A stretch of DNA of 64,000 bases from an uncultured Eubacteriales bacterium (GTDB lineage: Bacteria > Bacillota > Clostridia > Christensenellales > Borkfalkiaceae), in NCBI GenBank assembly GCA_902465495.1, contig CABQND010000002.1:11226-75225 (forward strand), in the 5' to 3' direction. The notes beneath the pieces are model-generated. The model was not told where the DNA came from, searched no databases, and saw nothing but the letters and a program-made list of their open reading frames with translations. Below are positions 9,733-19,555 of the stretch, one piece after another (within the stretch, counting starts at the first letter, position 1; each line of letters starts with the position of its first letter). The translations under genes were made by a program, and so were the position numbers.

Positions 9733-10623
9733 ATGGAAAGGGTCAAAAATCGTAGGAGGAGGTATTCGGTCGGGTATTGGATCAACATGGCGCTGTTGAT
9801 TTTGATGGCGCTCGCCTGTCTTCTTCCTCTTCTCAATATGCTCGCGACGTCGCTGAGCGACCGCACGAGCGTGAATGCGGGGAAAGTGCTTCTCATTCCG
9901 CACGGATTTACCTTCGACGCCTATAAATACGTTCTGGAAAAGCAGGAGATGTGGCGGGCGATGCTCGTGACGGTCGAACGCGTGTTGCTCGGGGTGACGA
10001 TCAACGTCGTGCTGTGCGTGCTGTGCGCCTATCCTCTGAGCAAATCGGTGCGGGAGTTTCGCATGCGGACGGTGTATGCTTGGTTTTTCTTTTTCACCAT
10101 CCTGTTCAGCGGCGGCACTGTTCCCTGGTTTTTCCTGATCAGTTCGCTCGGGATGCTGGATACCATCTGGGCGTTGGTCATACCCGGTGCGGTGCCGGTA
10201 TTCAGCGTAGTGTTGCTCATCAATTTTTTCAGACAGCTGCCCAAAGAGCTTTCGGAGGCGGCGGAGATCGACGGGGCGAACGAGTGGGTGATCATGCTCA
10301 GGATCTGTGTTCCCGTATCCCTTCCGGCGATCGCGACGATCACGCTGTTTGCGTTTGTCTATCACTGGAACAGTTGGTTTGACGGGATGCTGTTGATGAA
10401 TCAGCCCGAGAACATGCCTTTGCAGACATATATTCAGGCGATCCTGTTGCAGAGCAACTCGGATTTTTACAAATATCAGGGCGTGGCGGGCTACGGAGCG
10501 ATGAACGAAAAGACGTTCAAGGCGGCACAGGTGATCGTAAGTATAATACCGGTGCTGGTGGTGTATCCGTTCGTGCAGAAGTTTTTCACGCAGGGCATCG
10601 TTATGGGCTCGGTGAAAGAATGA
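9733..10623 (+). CDS. Carbohydrate ABC transporter permease (LplC-like)
   Basis: EAAEIDGA, WNSWFD, YPFVQKFFTQGIVMGSVKE. Confidence 0.92.
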   Translation: MERVKNRRRRYSVGYWINMALLILMALACLLPLLNMLATSLSDRTSVNAGKVLLIPHGFTFDAYKYVLEKQEMWRAMLVTVERVLLGVTINVVLCVLCAYPLSKSVREFRMRTVYAWFFFFTILFSGGTVPWFFLISSLGMLDTIWALVIPGAVPVFSVVLLINFFRQLPKELSEAAEIDGANEWVIMLRICVPVSLPAIATITLFAFVYHWNSWFDGMLLMNQPENMPLQTYIQAILLQSNSDFYKYQGVAGYGAMNEKTFKAAQVIVSIIPVLVVYPFVQKFFTQGIVMGSVKE

Positions 10624-10658
10624 TTTTCGGCATAGTTAAAAATGATAAGGAGAAGATC

Positions 10659-11972
10659 ATGAAAAGAGGAAAGCAAAAAAGGTGGCTGCGAATACTGAGC
10701 TGTCTGGCGCTGTGTGTACTTTGCGCGGCATTGCTGTGTTTTGCGGGCTGTCAGCCTGCGCAGGAGTCGGGCGGTGACGGCACGGGCGGCAACACGGAAC
10801 CGCCTTCGGAAGAGGAAGAAACGCTCCCTGCATCGGGCGGGTATGTCAATATCCGCGATTATGGTGCAGACGGCACGACGCGTGCCGATTGCTACGCGGC
10901 GTTCGTGCAGGCGGCGCTGACAGGGAAATCCATCTATGTGCCCGCAGGCACGTATTATGTGTCGGGACCGATTCAGCTCCGCAACCAGAATTTGTACGGC
11001 GACGGTATGTTTCAAAGTTTCATCGTGAGCACGGCGTCCGATTCCTCCGTTCCTATACTGTATCTGGGACGGTCCTGCGGGGTGGAGGACATCAACCTGT
11101 CTTTTGACGAATCGCTGATCACGGGCAACGAAACGTCGGGCGAGCGTCCCGGCATCATCACGGGGGACAACTATAATCCCGGGTGGCCGTTGCAGCGCGG
11201 TTCGCAGATCAACCGCGTACACATCGCCAACACGGGCACGGCGATCTATTCTCCGATGAAGGGAGTGGAAGAAAGTACGTCTTTTTCGGTCGCGTACACC
11301 AATCTTGAAATACAGGATTTTTCCTTCCGCGGCATCGATTTTGTATCAAAAACGCGCACGGGCAACGTGTTCAGCAACATTTACATGAAATCCAAGCACA
11401 CGGTGGACAGCCTGTTCAACATGGCCGGGGAAGAGAGCGAAACGACGATCATTCAGCTCAACCTTGAACACACGAAGGTGCGCAGGGCGGCGCTCTCTCT
11501 GGACGGATGCCGTGCGCTGGCGCTTTCGACGCTGCACATTGAGGGTATCGAGCTTGTCGAAGATGATTCCTGCTATATTTATTTGGAAAATTCTTCGGGA
11601 CGGATGGATGCGGTATCTGTTTACTACACGGCGGTGGATGCTGCGGATTGCAGCCTGATCAAGATCGGCGACGCGGTGTATGACATCAATGAATCATGGC
11701 AGAGCAGTCCGCCTGCTACGTTGTCCAAGATCAATATAGGTACGTTGCATCTGAAGGGGATCCACGACCCGAACACGGGGCTTCACGGGACGCGCCCGCA
11801 ACCCGGGTTGAACAATCTTGACAATTTCCTGTTTGTCAAGAGGGAAAGCAACGCTTTGGGAAGTTACAGAGTGAAGATCGAAAATTATGTATATTATACG
11901 TTCCAAAGCGATGCGGCGAAGTATGTTGCATTTGCGACGGGCGGCGAAGTGGATGTTGTATTTGAAGACTGA
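10659..11972 (+). CDS. Lipoprotein with a pectate-lyase-3/GH28-superfamily beta-helix
   Basis: Lipobox FAGC; N-terminal VNIRDYGADG...IYVPAGTY motif; AAGGAG RBS. Confidence 0.75.
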   Translation: MKRGKQKRWLRILSCLALCVLCAALLCFAGCQPAQESGGDGTGGNTEPPSEEEETLPASGGYVNIRDYGADGTTRADCYAAFVQAALTGKSIYVPAGTYYVSGPIQLRNQNLYGDGMFQSFIVSTASDSSVPILYLGRSCGVEDINLSFDESLITGNETSGERPGIITGDNYNPGWPLQRGSQINRVHIANTGTAIYSPMKGVEESTSFSVAYTNLEIQDFSFRGIDFVSKTRTGNVFSNIYMKSKHTVDSLFNMAGEESETTIIQLNLEHTKVRRAALSLDGCRALALSTLHIEGIELVEDDSCYIYLENSSGRMDAVSVYYTAVDAADCSLIKIGDAVYDINESWQSSPPATLSKINIGTLHLKGIHDPNTGLHGTRPQPGLNNLDNFLFVKRESNALGSYRVKIENYVYYTFQSDAAKYVAFATGGEVDVVFED

Positions 11973-12012
11973 AATTGACCGCGAAAGCGGCGGGAAAAAT
12001 AAGGAGGAAAGT

Positions 12013-14439
12013 ATGAAAAAAAGCAGATGGATGTTGGTGCTGTTGCTCTCGCTCGTGTTTGCATTGTGCGTGGGAACGGCGACGGTCGCTATGGCGGCTC
12101 CGGTGAGCGAAGATCCGACCGATTTTACGATCAGCTACGCGCAGGCGGAAGAGGGCGGCGATTTTTTCCAGCGTTTGCCGACGGGAGGACAGGAGCAGGA
12201 GAACGCAGGAACGGATACGTTTGATAGCAAGGCGGGCACATATGCGGTGTCCAAGCGCGGCGAGCTCAAATTCGGGAATGTAGCGGGGATGTACAAGGAT
12301 TTTGTTTTGGAAATGACGATCGATCCCGGTATGGTGAGCGAATGGAGCCAGCTCCGTATTTGGTTCCGCGTCTATGATCATTATAGCTGGGCGGGAAATT
12401 GTTTGAGTTTCAGCCGTACGGCGGACGGCGTGACGAGTGTGCAGTTTATGACGTCGGGACAAGACGGGTCGATTAACTATAAGTCGATCAGTGATCCGTA
12501 TAACTATACGCAGGAAGGTGCGCTTCAGCTTCGTTTGGTATCGAAAGATGCGCAGGCGGCGCTGTTTATCGGCGGGAAGAAAGTGCTCGCGACCGATCAG
12601 ATCGCAATAGGGGATATCGGCTATTTTGATATCGAATCCTGGGAGGCTGCGGCGGTTCTCTCTTTCCCGATCAAATGCACGGTCGGCGCGACGGCGGAAG
12701 ATTTCCTGGAAGAAGGAACGGAGCCGGGCGGTGAAACGGGAGATAAGATTGTCTTGGAAGAGGGGCATTACCTCGCCGATTTTGAAAATTTCCAAATCAA
12801 TGCGGTGGACGGAACGGCGGAGGCGGAAAACACGATCATCGATTTTAACGGAACGAGTGAAATTTCGGTGGATGTGACGACGAGCAAGCCGATCTTTTCG
12901 CAGAGCAGCAATGACGGGGAGAAAGTGATCTACTTCGGATCCGATTTCAGCGCGGCACCCGGCAGTGCCGCGACATGGGGAGATTTCACTCTGACGACGA
13001 CGTTGCGCGCGAACTACATGAGCAACGATTGGTCATGGTCGAAGCTCATGTTCCGCGGGCAGGACAACCGTTCGTCGGCGACGCAGATCACGGCGAATGC
13101 GACCCAGCGCAACTGTTATAAATTCAATTTCAAGCACAATACGGTCTGGCTGACCAAAGACGTTGAGGGCAAGGAAACGACGATTGCCGCGGCGAATGTG
13201 CCGTTCTTGAAATCGCAGTTCTTTGAAGTGAAAATCGTGGCGGAAGGGTCGTACATAGCCTGCTTTATTGACGGCGAAAAGATCATGGAAGTGAATGACA
13301 ACTCTTTCGCTTCGGGCATTTTCGGGGTATGCACGTGGCAGACGGCATACGATGTGCGCGCCATCGAGATCACGGAAGGGGTCTCGGCGGAGGACAAGAA
13401 CGCGGCACTTGTAAAGAAGTGTGCGGATCTTGATATTGCGGGCGCGGGGGCGAATTTCCTCGATGACTGGTACATGACCTCGGATACGGGAGCTGCGGAG
13501 ATACTGCGCCTCGTGACCGTGGACGGTGTGCGCCGCCTGCGCAGTGACGTGTCTTCGGGGCTCACGACGGCGCTGTTCGGCGATGCGAATTTGCAGGATA
13601 TGTGGATGACTGTGAAATTCAGCATTTCGGATGCGGAAAACAGCGGCTGGATCTATCGTCTGCTGTTCCGAAGCAACGGTTGGGCGACCAATTCGTATTA
13701 TGTGGAAGTGACGGCGGGCGGGCTTTCGCTTGTGCGCAGCGACGACGACGTGCTTACGCCGCTCGGCGCATACAGCAAGGCGATCGCGGGCGATACCGAA
13801 TATAAGGTGGACGTGACCGCGAAACAGGGTACGATCAAGGTGTATCTGAACGACGTGCTTATCATCGATGCGATCGACAGCGGGTTCGGCAACAATGACT
13901 TCGGCAAAAACATGATGGGACCTGCGGGCATCACGGCATGGAATACGGGATACGAAGTCATGCAGCTCGGTTATGTCGCGTTTACGGGCGACGAGTATAC
14001 GGGCAGCGGTCAGTCGGACATCGACGTGACGGATCCGACGCTGACGATCACGACGGCGGATACGGCGTATGTGGGGGATTCGGTTTCGGTGACGTATGAA
14101 GTTTCGGACGATAAGACGCCTGCGGCGGAAATTTCCGTGAGCATAGCGGTGGAAAAAGACGGACAATCGGTACGGGTGATCGCAGGGAAATTCAAGGCAA
14201 GCGAAACGGGCGAATATCTGATCACGGTGATCGCGACGGATGCGGCGGGCAATGCGGTGTCGGCGAAAAAGACGATCACGGTCACGGAAAAACCCGCGGG
14301 AACGGACGACGGTTCGACGGATGATGGCGCGGAGGGAGGTTGCTCTTCGGCTGTCGGATCAGGTGTCGGAATCGCGGCGGCGGCGCTTTTGCTTTGCGTT
14401 TCGGCTGTCGTGATCTGCACGGCGCGCAAAAAGCAATAA
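12013..14439 (+). CDS. Secreted multi-ConA/DUF1080-like protein with an Ig-like domain and a GGC-TM-basic C-terminal anchor
   Basis: Signal peptide; about three beta-sandwich repeats (DFVLEM/DFTLTT/DMWMTV...FR...IACFIDGEKI/IKVYLND); ATDAAGN Ig motif; tail GGCSSAVG...RKKQ. Confidence 0.65.
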   Translation: MKKSRWMLVLLLSLVFALCVGTATVAMAAPVSEDPTDFTISYAQAEEGGDFFQRLPTGGQEQENAGTDTFDSKAGTYAVSKRGELKFGNVAGMYKDFVLEMTIDPGMVSEWSQLRIWFRVYDHYSWAGNCLSFSRTADGVTSVQFMTSGQDGSINYKSISDPYNYTQEGALQLRLVSKDAQAALFIGGKKVLATDQIAIGDIGYFDIESWEAAAVLSFPIKCTVGATAEDFLEEGTEPGGETGDKIVLEEGHYLADFENFQINAVDGTAEAENTIIDFNGTSEISVDVTTSKPIFSQSSNDGEKVIYFGSDFSAAPGSAATWGDFTLTTTLRANYMSNDWSWSKLMFRGQDNRSSATQITANATQRNCYKFNFKHNTVWLTKDVEGKETTIAAANVPFLKSQFFEVKIVAEGSYIACFIDGEKIMEVNDNSFASGIFGVCTWQTAYDVRAIEITEGVSAEDKNAALVKKCADLDIAGAGANFLDDWYMTSDTGAAEILRLVTVDGVRRLRSDVSSGLTTALFGDANLQDMWMTVKFSISDAENSGWIYRLLFRSNGWATNSYYVEVTAGGLSLVRSDDDVLTPLGAYSKAIAGDTEYKVDVTAKQGTIKVYLNDVLIIDAIDSGFGNNDFGKNMMGPAGITAWNTGYEVMQLGYVAFTGDEYTGSGQSDIDVTDPTLTITTADTAYVGDSVSVTYEVSDDKTPAAEISVSIAVEKDGQSVRVIAGKFKASETGEYLITVIATDAAGNAVSAKKTITVTEKPAGTDDGSTDDGAEGGCSSAVGSGVGIAAAALLLCVSAVVICTARKKQ

Positions 14440-14474
14440 GGCTTGAACGAAACGGTGACGGAACAATCCGAACG

Positions 14475-14510
14475 TTTAAAAGGGGATGCGTGTGCGCATC
14501 CCCTTTTAAA
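14475..14510. terminator. Intrinsic terminator
   Basis: tttaaaaggggatgcg-tgtg-cgcatccccttttaaa. Confidence 0.85.
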
Positions 14511-14570
14511 GATTTGAAAAAATTGCGTGAAATTGCGCACAGGCGCAAAATTTTATGGTATAATTTGCGC

Positions 14571-15659
14571 ATGAAAAATCTGATGGTAAAGCGTCGGTTT
14601 ACGCGGATGCAGTCTGTGGCAACGCTTGCGCTTGCAACGTCCGTCTTGTTTTTGCTTGCCGACATTCCCTTTTTAAGTGAATATTTGTTTGCGCGGGGTA
14701 TCACGCGATGGCTGAGCGGTCTGATCGGACTGATCGCAAACGCCGTTCCGTTTTCGCTGTACGAGATCGCGGCGATCCTGCTCATCGTCGGCGCTGTTTT
14801 ACTTATTACAGAGCTGATCGTGCTTCTGCGCCGCAAGCAGTTTGCGCGGATACGGAAGATTCTGTATCGCCTTCTTTTGATTGCGTTGGGCGTGCTTTTC
14901 GCATTCGGCGTATTGTATGCGCCGCTGTACAACCGAAGTTCTGTATTCGAGGCGCTCGGATTGTCGCCTGTAAAAGTCACGCAAGAGAATGTATATGCTG
15001 CCGCAGAATATTATATCGATGCGTTGAACGGGCTGAGCGCGCGCATGGAAAGGGATGAGGACGGAAATGTTTTACCGGAGGTTTCCTTTTCGGAACTTGC
15101 CGATATACTCAATGGCGAATATGCCGCGCAGGGCAGCGGATATTTTTCTCCGTACTATGTGCGCCCGAAGAAGGTAGCGCTGTCGGAGCTGATGAGTTAT
15201 TTGGGCATTACGGGCATATACATTCCGTTTTTTGCGGAAGCGAACGTGAATATCTGTATTCCGACGTATGTTTTGGGAACGACGATGGCGCACGAAATGG
15301 CGCATGCCAAAGGTGTTTCGCAGGAGAGCGAAGCGAATATGACGGCCTATGTGCTTTGTATTCGTGCAGAAAATGATTTTCTTAATTATAGCGGGCTGAT
15401 GAGCGCTGTTTCCGTTCTTTTGAATGCTTTGCCCGAAGAAGAGTATACTGTTTTACGAGGTAAACTGGATGACGCTGTCTTGCAGGAATATCGCAACGCG
15501 AGTGCGCATTATGCAAAGTTTGAAGGCGCGATCCAGGAAATTTCCGAATTTTTCAATGATCTGTTTTTGAAATCGAATGGCGTTTCGTCGGGGATTCGCA
15601 GTTACGGTCAGACGACGCAGTGCCTTGTTTCCCTGTATTTGCAGTTGACGGAAAAGTAG
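14571..15659 (+). CDS. DUF3810-like membrane zincin protein
   Basis: N-terminal TM helices, PFSLYE, GITGIYIPFFAEANVN, HEMAH (HExxH) followed by ESEAN. Confidence 0.8.
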   Translation: MKNLMVKRRFTRMQSVATLALATSVLFLLADIPFLSEYLFARGITRWLSGLIGLIANAVPFSLYEIAAILLIVGAVLLITELIVLLRRKQFARIRKILYRLLLIALGVLFAFGVLYAPLYNRSSVFEALGLSPVKVTQENVYAAAEYYIDALNGLSARMERDEDGNVLPEVSFSELADILNGEYAAQGSGYFSPYYVRPKKVALSELMSYLGITGIYIPFFAEANVNICIPTYVLGTTMAHEMAHAKGVSQESEANMTAYVLCIRAENDFLNYSGLMSAVSVLLNALPEEEYTVLRGKLDDAVLQEYRNASAHYAKFEGAIQEISEFFNDLFLKSNGVSSGIRSYGQTTQCLVSLYLQLTEK

Positions 15660-15680
15660 CGAATTTGCCATAGTTTCTAT

Positions 15681-15722
15681 AAAAAATACCCGCCGCACAG
15701 ATAAGTGCGGCGGGTATTTTTT
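15681..15722. terminator. Bidirectional terminator between convergent genes
   Basis: aaaaaatacccgccgcac-agataa-gtgcggcgggtatttttt. Confidence 0.88.
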
Positions 15723-15729
15723 ATTATTA

Positions 15730-16374
15730 TCAATGAATGATTTTATCAATATCTGTTCTGCGGCACATAACGATGAGTCGTTCCGAAGAATTGAACTCAT
15801 AGTCGGCGGAGGGAAGGGGCGTAAGGTTTCCGCCTCGTTTAACTGCCAGTATATTGAGATTATACTTTGCGCGCACACCCTTGTCGCGAATGGTTTTTCC
15901 TTCCCACGACGGCGGGGTGGGTATTTCATAGATCGCGTATTCGGGGGTGAGCTGGATGTAGTCAAAAATGTTGTTCGCACTGTATTTTACGGCGAGTCGT
16001 TCCGCCATTTCTTTTTCGGCGTACACGACGTCGTCTGCGCCGTTGCGAAGCAGAAATTTTGCCTGAATTTCGGTGGACGCGCGAGACAGCACAAATTTGG
16101 CGCCCGCCTCTTTCAAAAGGGAAGTGGTTTCCAGGGATGATTGAAAGTTTTCTCCGACGGACACGACACAAAGGTCAAAGTTATCCACTCCCAATGAATC
16201 CAGAACGGCGGGTTTGGTTGCGTCGCCGATCTGCGCGCTCGTTACAAACGGAAGCATTTCATTGACTTTTTCTTCACTCGTGTCGAGCACCATGACGTGG
16301 TTTCCGAGTTCGGTGAATTTTTTTGCCATGTACGACCCGAACCTTCCGAGTCCGATGACTAAAATAGATTTCAT
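15730..16374 (-). CDS. ktrA: Ktr/Trk potassium uptake regulatory subunit (RCK_N + RCK_C)
   Basis: VIGLGRFG Rossmann motif, GDAT, GADDVVYAEKEMA, C-terminal TrkA-C domain. Confidence 0.92.
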   Translation of the reverse strand: MKSILVIGLGRFGSYMAKKFTELGNHVMVLDTSEEKVNEMLPFVTSAQIGDATKPAVLDSLGVDNFDLCVVSVGENFQSSLETTSLLKEAGAKFVLSRASTEIQAKFLLRNGADDVVYAEKEMAERLAVKYSANNIFDYIQLTPEYAIYEIPTPPSWEGKTIRDKGVRAKYNLNILAVKRGGNLTPLPSADYEFNSSERLIVMCRRTDIDKIIH

Positions 16375-16476
16375 ATTGTCTCCTCAAAATTTATCTGCCG
16401 CGGTGTCTGCCGCGCACATTTCAAAACGGCGTTTTACCGTTAAAATTCGATGGCGTACACAAAATCAAATAAACGC

Positions 16477-17823
16477 TCAGCCGATTCTGATCTTTTCCAT
16501 CGGCAATTCTGCTGCAGGTACGGAGGGGGTGCGCAGAGAGAGCATAAACGTGACGCATCCCGCACGGCCAAGATACATCAAGATCGCGAGCACGATTTCG
16601 GACCCGACGGAAAGATAGGGTGTTATGCCGAGAGTCAATCCCACTGTGCCGATGGCGGAAAATACTTCGAACACGATATCGGTCAGTGAGGAGATGTTGG
16701 GGTTGTTTTGCTCAAACATAGAAATGAGAACAATTCCTATGGTAGCAAAGAGCAAATAGAGGGTCACGAATTGTGCCGCGCTTTTCACATTCTCTTCATC
16801 CAAGCGTCTGCCGAAACATTCGACGGAACATTTGCCTCGCAGAAAAGAAACGACGGAGAGCAGAAGTGTGGAAAAGGTGTTAGTCTTGATGCCGCCGGCA
16901 GTCGAGCCGGAGGAACCTCCGATGAACATAAGTACAATGGTGATAAAGATTGTGGCGGTTTTGACACTTCCCGCACCCGATAAGGGAAGGACGTTAAATC
17001 CTGCCGTACGAGGCGATGTCGCCGTAAAGAACGAAGAAAGAATGCGCTCGCCCCAAGGCAGATCGTTTTCGGCAATGAAGATCAGAATGGTCGGAATGAC
17101 GATGAGCGCTGCCGTAGTGATGAGAACCAGTTTTGTGTGCAGGGAATACTTGCGGAAATGCAAACGGTTTTCGCGCAAATCTTGCCAAACAAAAAATCCG
17201 AGTCCGCCTACGATGATAAGAAGCGGCACGGTGATGCAGATAATGGGATCGCCCGAGTAAGAAGAGAGAGAAGCAAACTCAATGCCGTTTATACCCATGA
17301 GGTCAAAGCCTGCATTGCAAAAAGAAGAAATGGAAGTAAATACGGCAATATAAATGCCTCTGCCCCAGCCGAAATCGGGCACAAACCGGAAACAGAGCAC
17401 AAAAGCGCCGAGCGCTTCAAAAACCAGCGTGCCGACGAGGATGGTCATGGTAAGTTTTACCATGCCGCCGACGACGGGCGCGTTGACCGATTCCTGCATG
17501 AATTTGCGTTCTTTAAGCCCGATCTTGCGGCCTCCCAATCTCCACAGTGCGAACACGATCGTCATGAATCCGAGTCCGCCCATTTGGATGAGCAAAAGGA
17601 TCACGATCTGTCCGAAGGTGGACCAATACAGGAAGGTGTCTTGCAGAACGAGTCCCGTCACACAGGAAGCGGAAACAGCCGTAAACAGCGCTTCCATAAA
17701 AGGCGCATGATCCACTTGCTTTGTCGAGATGGGCAAAAGTAACAGGATCGTCCCTATAATAATAACAGCGAGATAGCCGAGCGTAAGCAAGCGCACGGGT
17801 GTCAAGCGTATTTTTCGTTGCAT
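16477..17823 (-). CDS. ktrB: Ktr/Trk potassium uptake membrane subunit
   Basis: SASCVTGL, FCNAGF, RTAGF, GSTAGGIK and SAIGTVGL pore motifs. Confidence 0.93.
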   Translation of the reverse strand: MQRKIRLTPVRLLTLGYLAVIIIGTILLLLPISTKQVDHAPFMEALFTAVSASCVTGLVLQDTFLYWSTFGQIVILLLIQMGGLGFMTIVFALWRLGGRKIGLKERKFMQESVNAPVVGGMVKLTMTILVGTLVFEALGAFVLCFRFVPDFGWGRGIYIAVFTSISSFCNAGFDLMGINGIEFASLSSYSGDPIICITVPLLIIVGGLGFFVWQDLRENRLHFRKYSLHTKLVLITTAALIVIPTILIFIAENDLPWGERILSSFFTATSPRTAGFNVLPLSGAGSVKTATIFITIVLMFIGGSSGSTAGGIKTNTFSTLLLSVVSFLRGKCSVECFGRRLDEENVKSAAQFVTLYLLFATIGIVLISMFEQNNPNISSLTDIVFEVFSAIGTVGLTLGITPYLSVGSEIVLAILMYLGRAGCVTFMLSLRTPSVPAAELPMEKIRIG

Positions 17824-17985
17824 AAAGCCTCCGCGACAATCATTGTCAGCATGAATTATATATCATTTTCGGGATGATTTGCAAGCGAATCGCGGCAAAT
17901 CAACAAATTTTTTACAATTTGTATACAAGCGCGGGCACACGCGCCGCCGCCCGCCCGTATAATGAATAAGAGCGGGGAGGTGCGC

Positions 17986-18660
17986 ATGAAAATACATTTT
18001 GTGACGGAGGGGAGCGTCGACGAATATTGGGAGACTCCGAAAAAAGCGAAGTGCGATGTTTTGCTTTTCGGGTTTAGCGGTTTGGGGGAAGTGGATTATC
18101 GCTGCGAACTTGCAGGGGAAACGCAAAAGTTAGAAGACGCGGCGATTTTAAGCCGTGAATTGAATTGTGTCGTTATAGCGGGTGCATATACCGATTCGTG
18201 CGGCATGCGGTACAAGAGTGCCGTCATAGCCGAAAAAGGGCGAATTCTCGGAGTGGCGGATATGTTGCATACAACGGATGAAGAAGATTTTAAATGCGGC
18301 GCACATTTAAAAGTATATGAAACATCTGTCGGAAAATTCGGATTGTGTGTGGGTGAGGACCTGTATTATCCTTCCGTAGCGGAGACGCTTGCACTGTGTG
18401 ATGCCGATGTTATTTTCAGCGTATTCGGTTGTGCAGAAGATTTTGCACCGCAACTGATGATGCGTGCATGTGCATTTTGCTCGGGGGTGGCTGTTTGTAT
18501 GTGTGCGGAAGGTATAGCGCAGGTCGCTCTTCCGGACGGAGATGTTCCTTTGCGTACGGCAAAGCGAGATTGTGATTTTGTTTTTACGCCTTCGCGGGAA
18601 TACCGCCTGACTACGGTGCGCTCGCGCGGGCTTGTGCGCAGAAAGCGCGAAGATTACTGA
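17986..18660 (+). CDS. Carbon-nitrogen hydrolase (nitrilase-fold) protein, catalytic residues apparently absent
   Basis: YKSAVIAEKGRILG, ETSVGKFGLCVGEDLYYP and DADVIF match the CN_hydrolase pattern; GGAGG RBS. Confidence 0.75.
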   Translation: MKIHFVTEGSVDEYWETPKKAKCDVLLFGFSGLGEVDYRCELAGETQKLEDAAILSRELNCVVIAGAYTDSCGMRYKSAVIAEKGRILGVADMLHTTDEEDFKCGAHLKVYETSVGKFGLCVGEDLYYPSVAETLALCDADVIFSVFGCAEDFAPQLMMRACAFCSGVAVCMCAEGIAQVALPDGDVPLRTAKRDCDFVFTPSREYRLTTVRSRGLVRRKREDY

Positions 18661-18753
18661 TACCCAAAGTTAAAATTCGCTAAAATACTTTTCAAAAGCA
18701 GTTGCGCGTGGTATAATGATAGCAAAATAAATAAAAAAACGGAGTGATACATT

Positions 18754-19479
18754 ATGCCCGATCTGAAAAACGCCGGGGAATTTATCAACAGCTATAATAA
18801 GATCGATTCGCAGCTGCGGGATTTGTACGGGTTTAAACCGTCGCAGCCGTTCACGGACGTTGTGCGTCGCTGTGCCGAAAAAAATTCAGTGGTGCGGCGT
18901 TATGAAAATGATCTGGCGGATTATGCGCGTCTGCGCAATGCCATTGTGCATCAAAGTACGGACGGGCGAATCATCGCAGTACCTTGCGACGATGTAGTAG
19001 AAAATATTCAGCGCATCGAGCGCCTGCTCTGCACGCCGCCCACTTTGGGTGAAACGCTCAAAGACAAGAAGATCGTGAGCATTGAAGATACGATCAGTCT
19101 GAAACAGGCGATCCTGCTTATTTCGCGCACGGGATTTTCCAATCTTCCCGTGTATCGAGGCGGACGCATGGTCGGGATCGTCAATAACCGCCGCATCATT
19201 GCGGAGCTTGGCGCGGTGATCGAGGCGGGAAGGGGCGTCGATGCTTATCTTGCCGAAACGCCCGTGGGGGATATTCTCAGCGAAACGGATCTGTTTATTT
19301 ATTATAAATTTTTAGGCAAGAAAAATACATTGCAGGATGTGCTTGCGGCTTTTGAAGAAAACAAAAAATTGCTTGCCGTAGCGGTGAGCGAAAAAGGGAA
19401 AGCGGGCGAGCGTATTGTAAATTTCATTACGCCTGCCGATCTTGTGCAAATATCCAAGATGATGGAGGATTATACCTGA
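18754..19479 (+). CDS. CBS-pair protein with an N-terminal HEPN-like helical domain (RNAIVH)
   Basis: GFSNLPVYRGGRMVGIV and FITPADL CBS motifs; R61-N-A-I-V-H66; extended -10 TGGTATAAT at 18709-18717. Confidence 0.75.
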   Translation: MPDLKNAGEFINSYNKIDSQLRDLYGFKPSQPFTDVVRRCAEKNSVVRRYENDLADYARLRNAIVHQSTDGRIIAVPCDDVVENIQRIERLLCTPPTLGETLKDKKIVSIEDTISLKQAILLISRTGFSNLPVYRGGRMVGIVNNRRIIAELGAVIEAGRGVDAYLAETPVGDILSETDLFIYYKFLGKKNTLQDVLAAFEENKKLLAVAVSEKGKAGERIVNFITPADLVQISKMMEDYT

Positions 19480-19555
19480 AAGGGGTAAAATTTACGCAGG
19501 GAGCAAAAAACGCTTTACAAACGCCGCGAATGCTGGTAAAATAATCTCAATATAT

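Noticed and set aside
17824..17985. c-di-AMP (ydaO) riboswitch upstream of ktrB
   Set aside because: The leader is too short and the conserved motifs were not seen.
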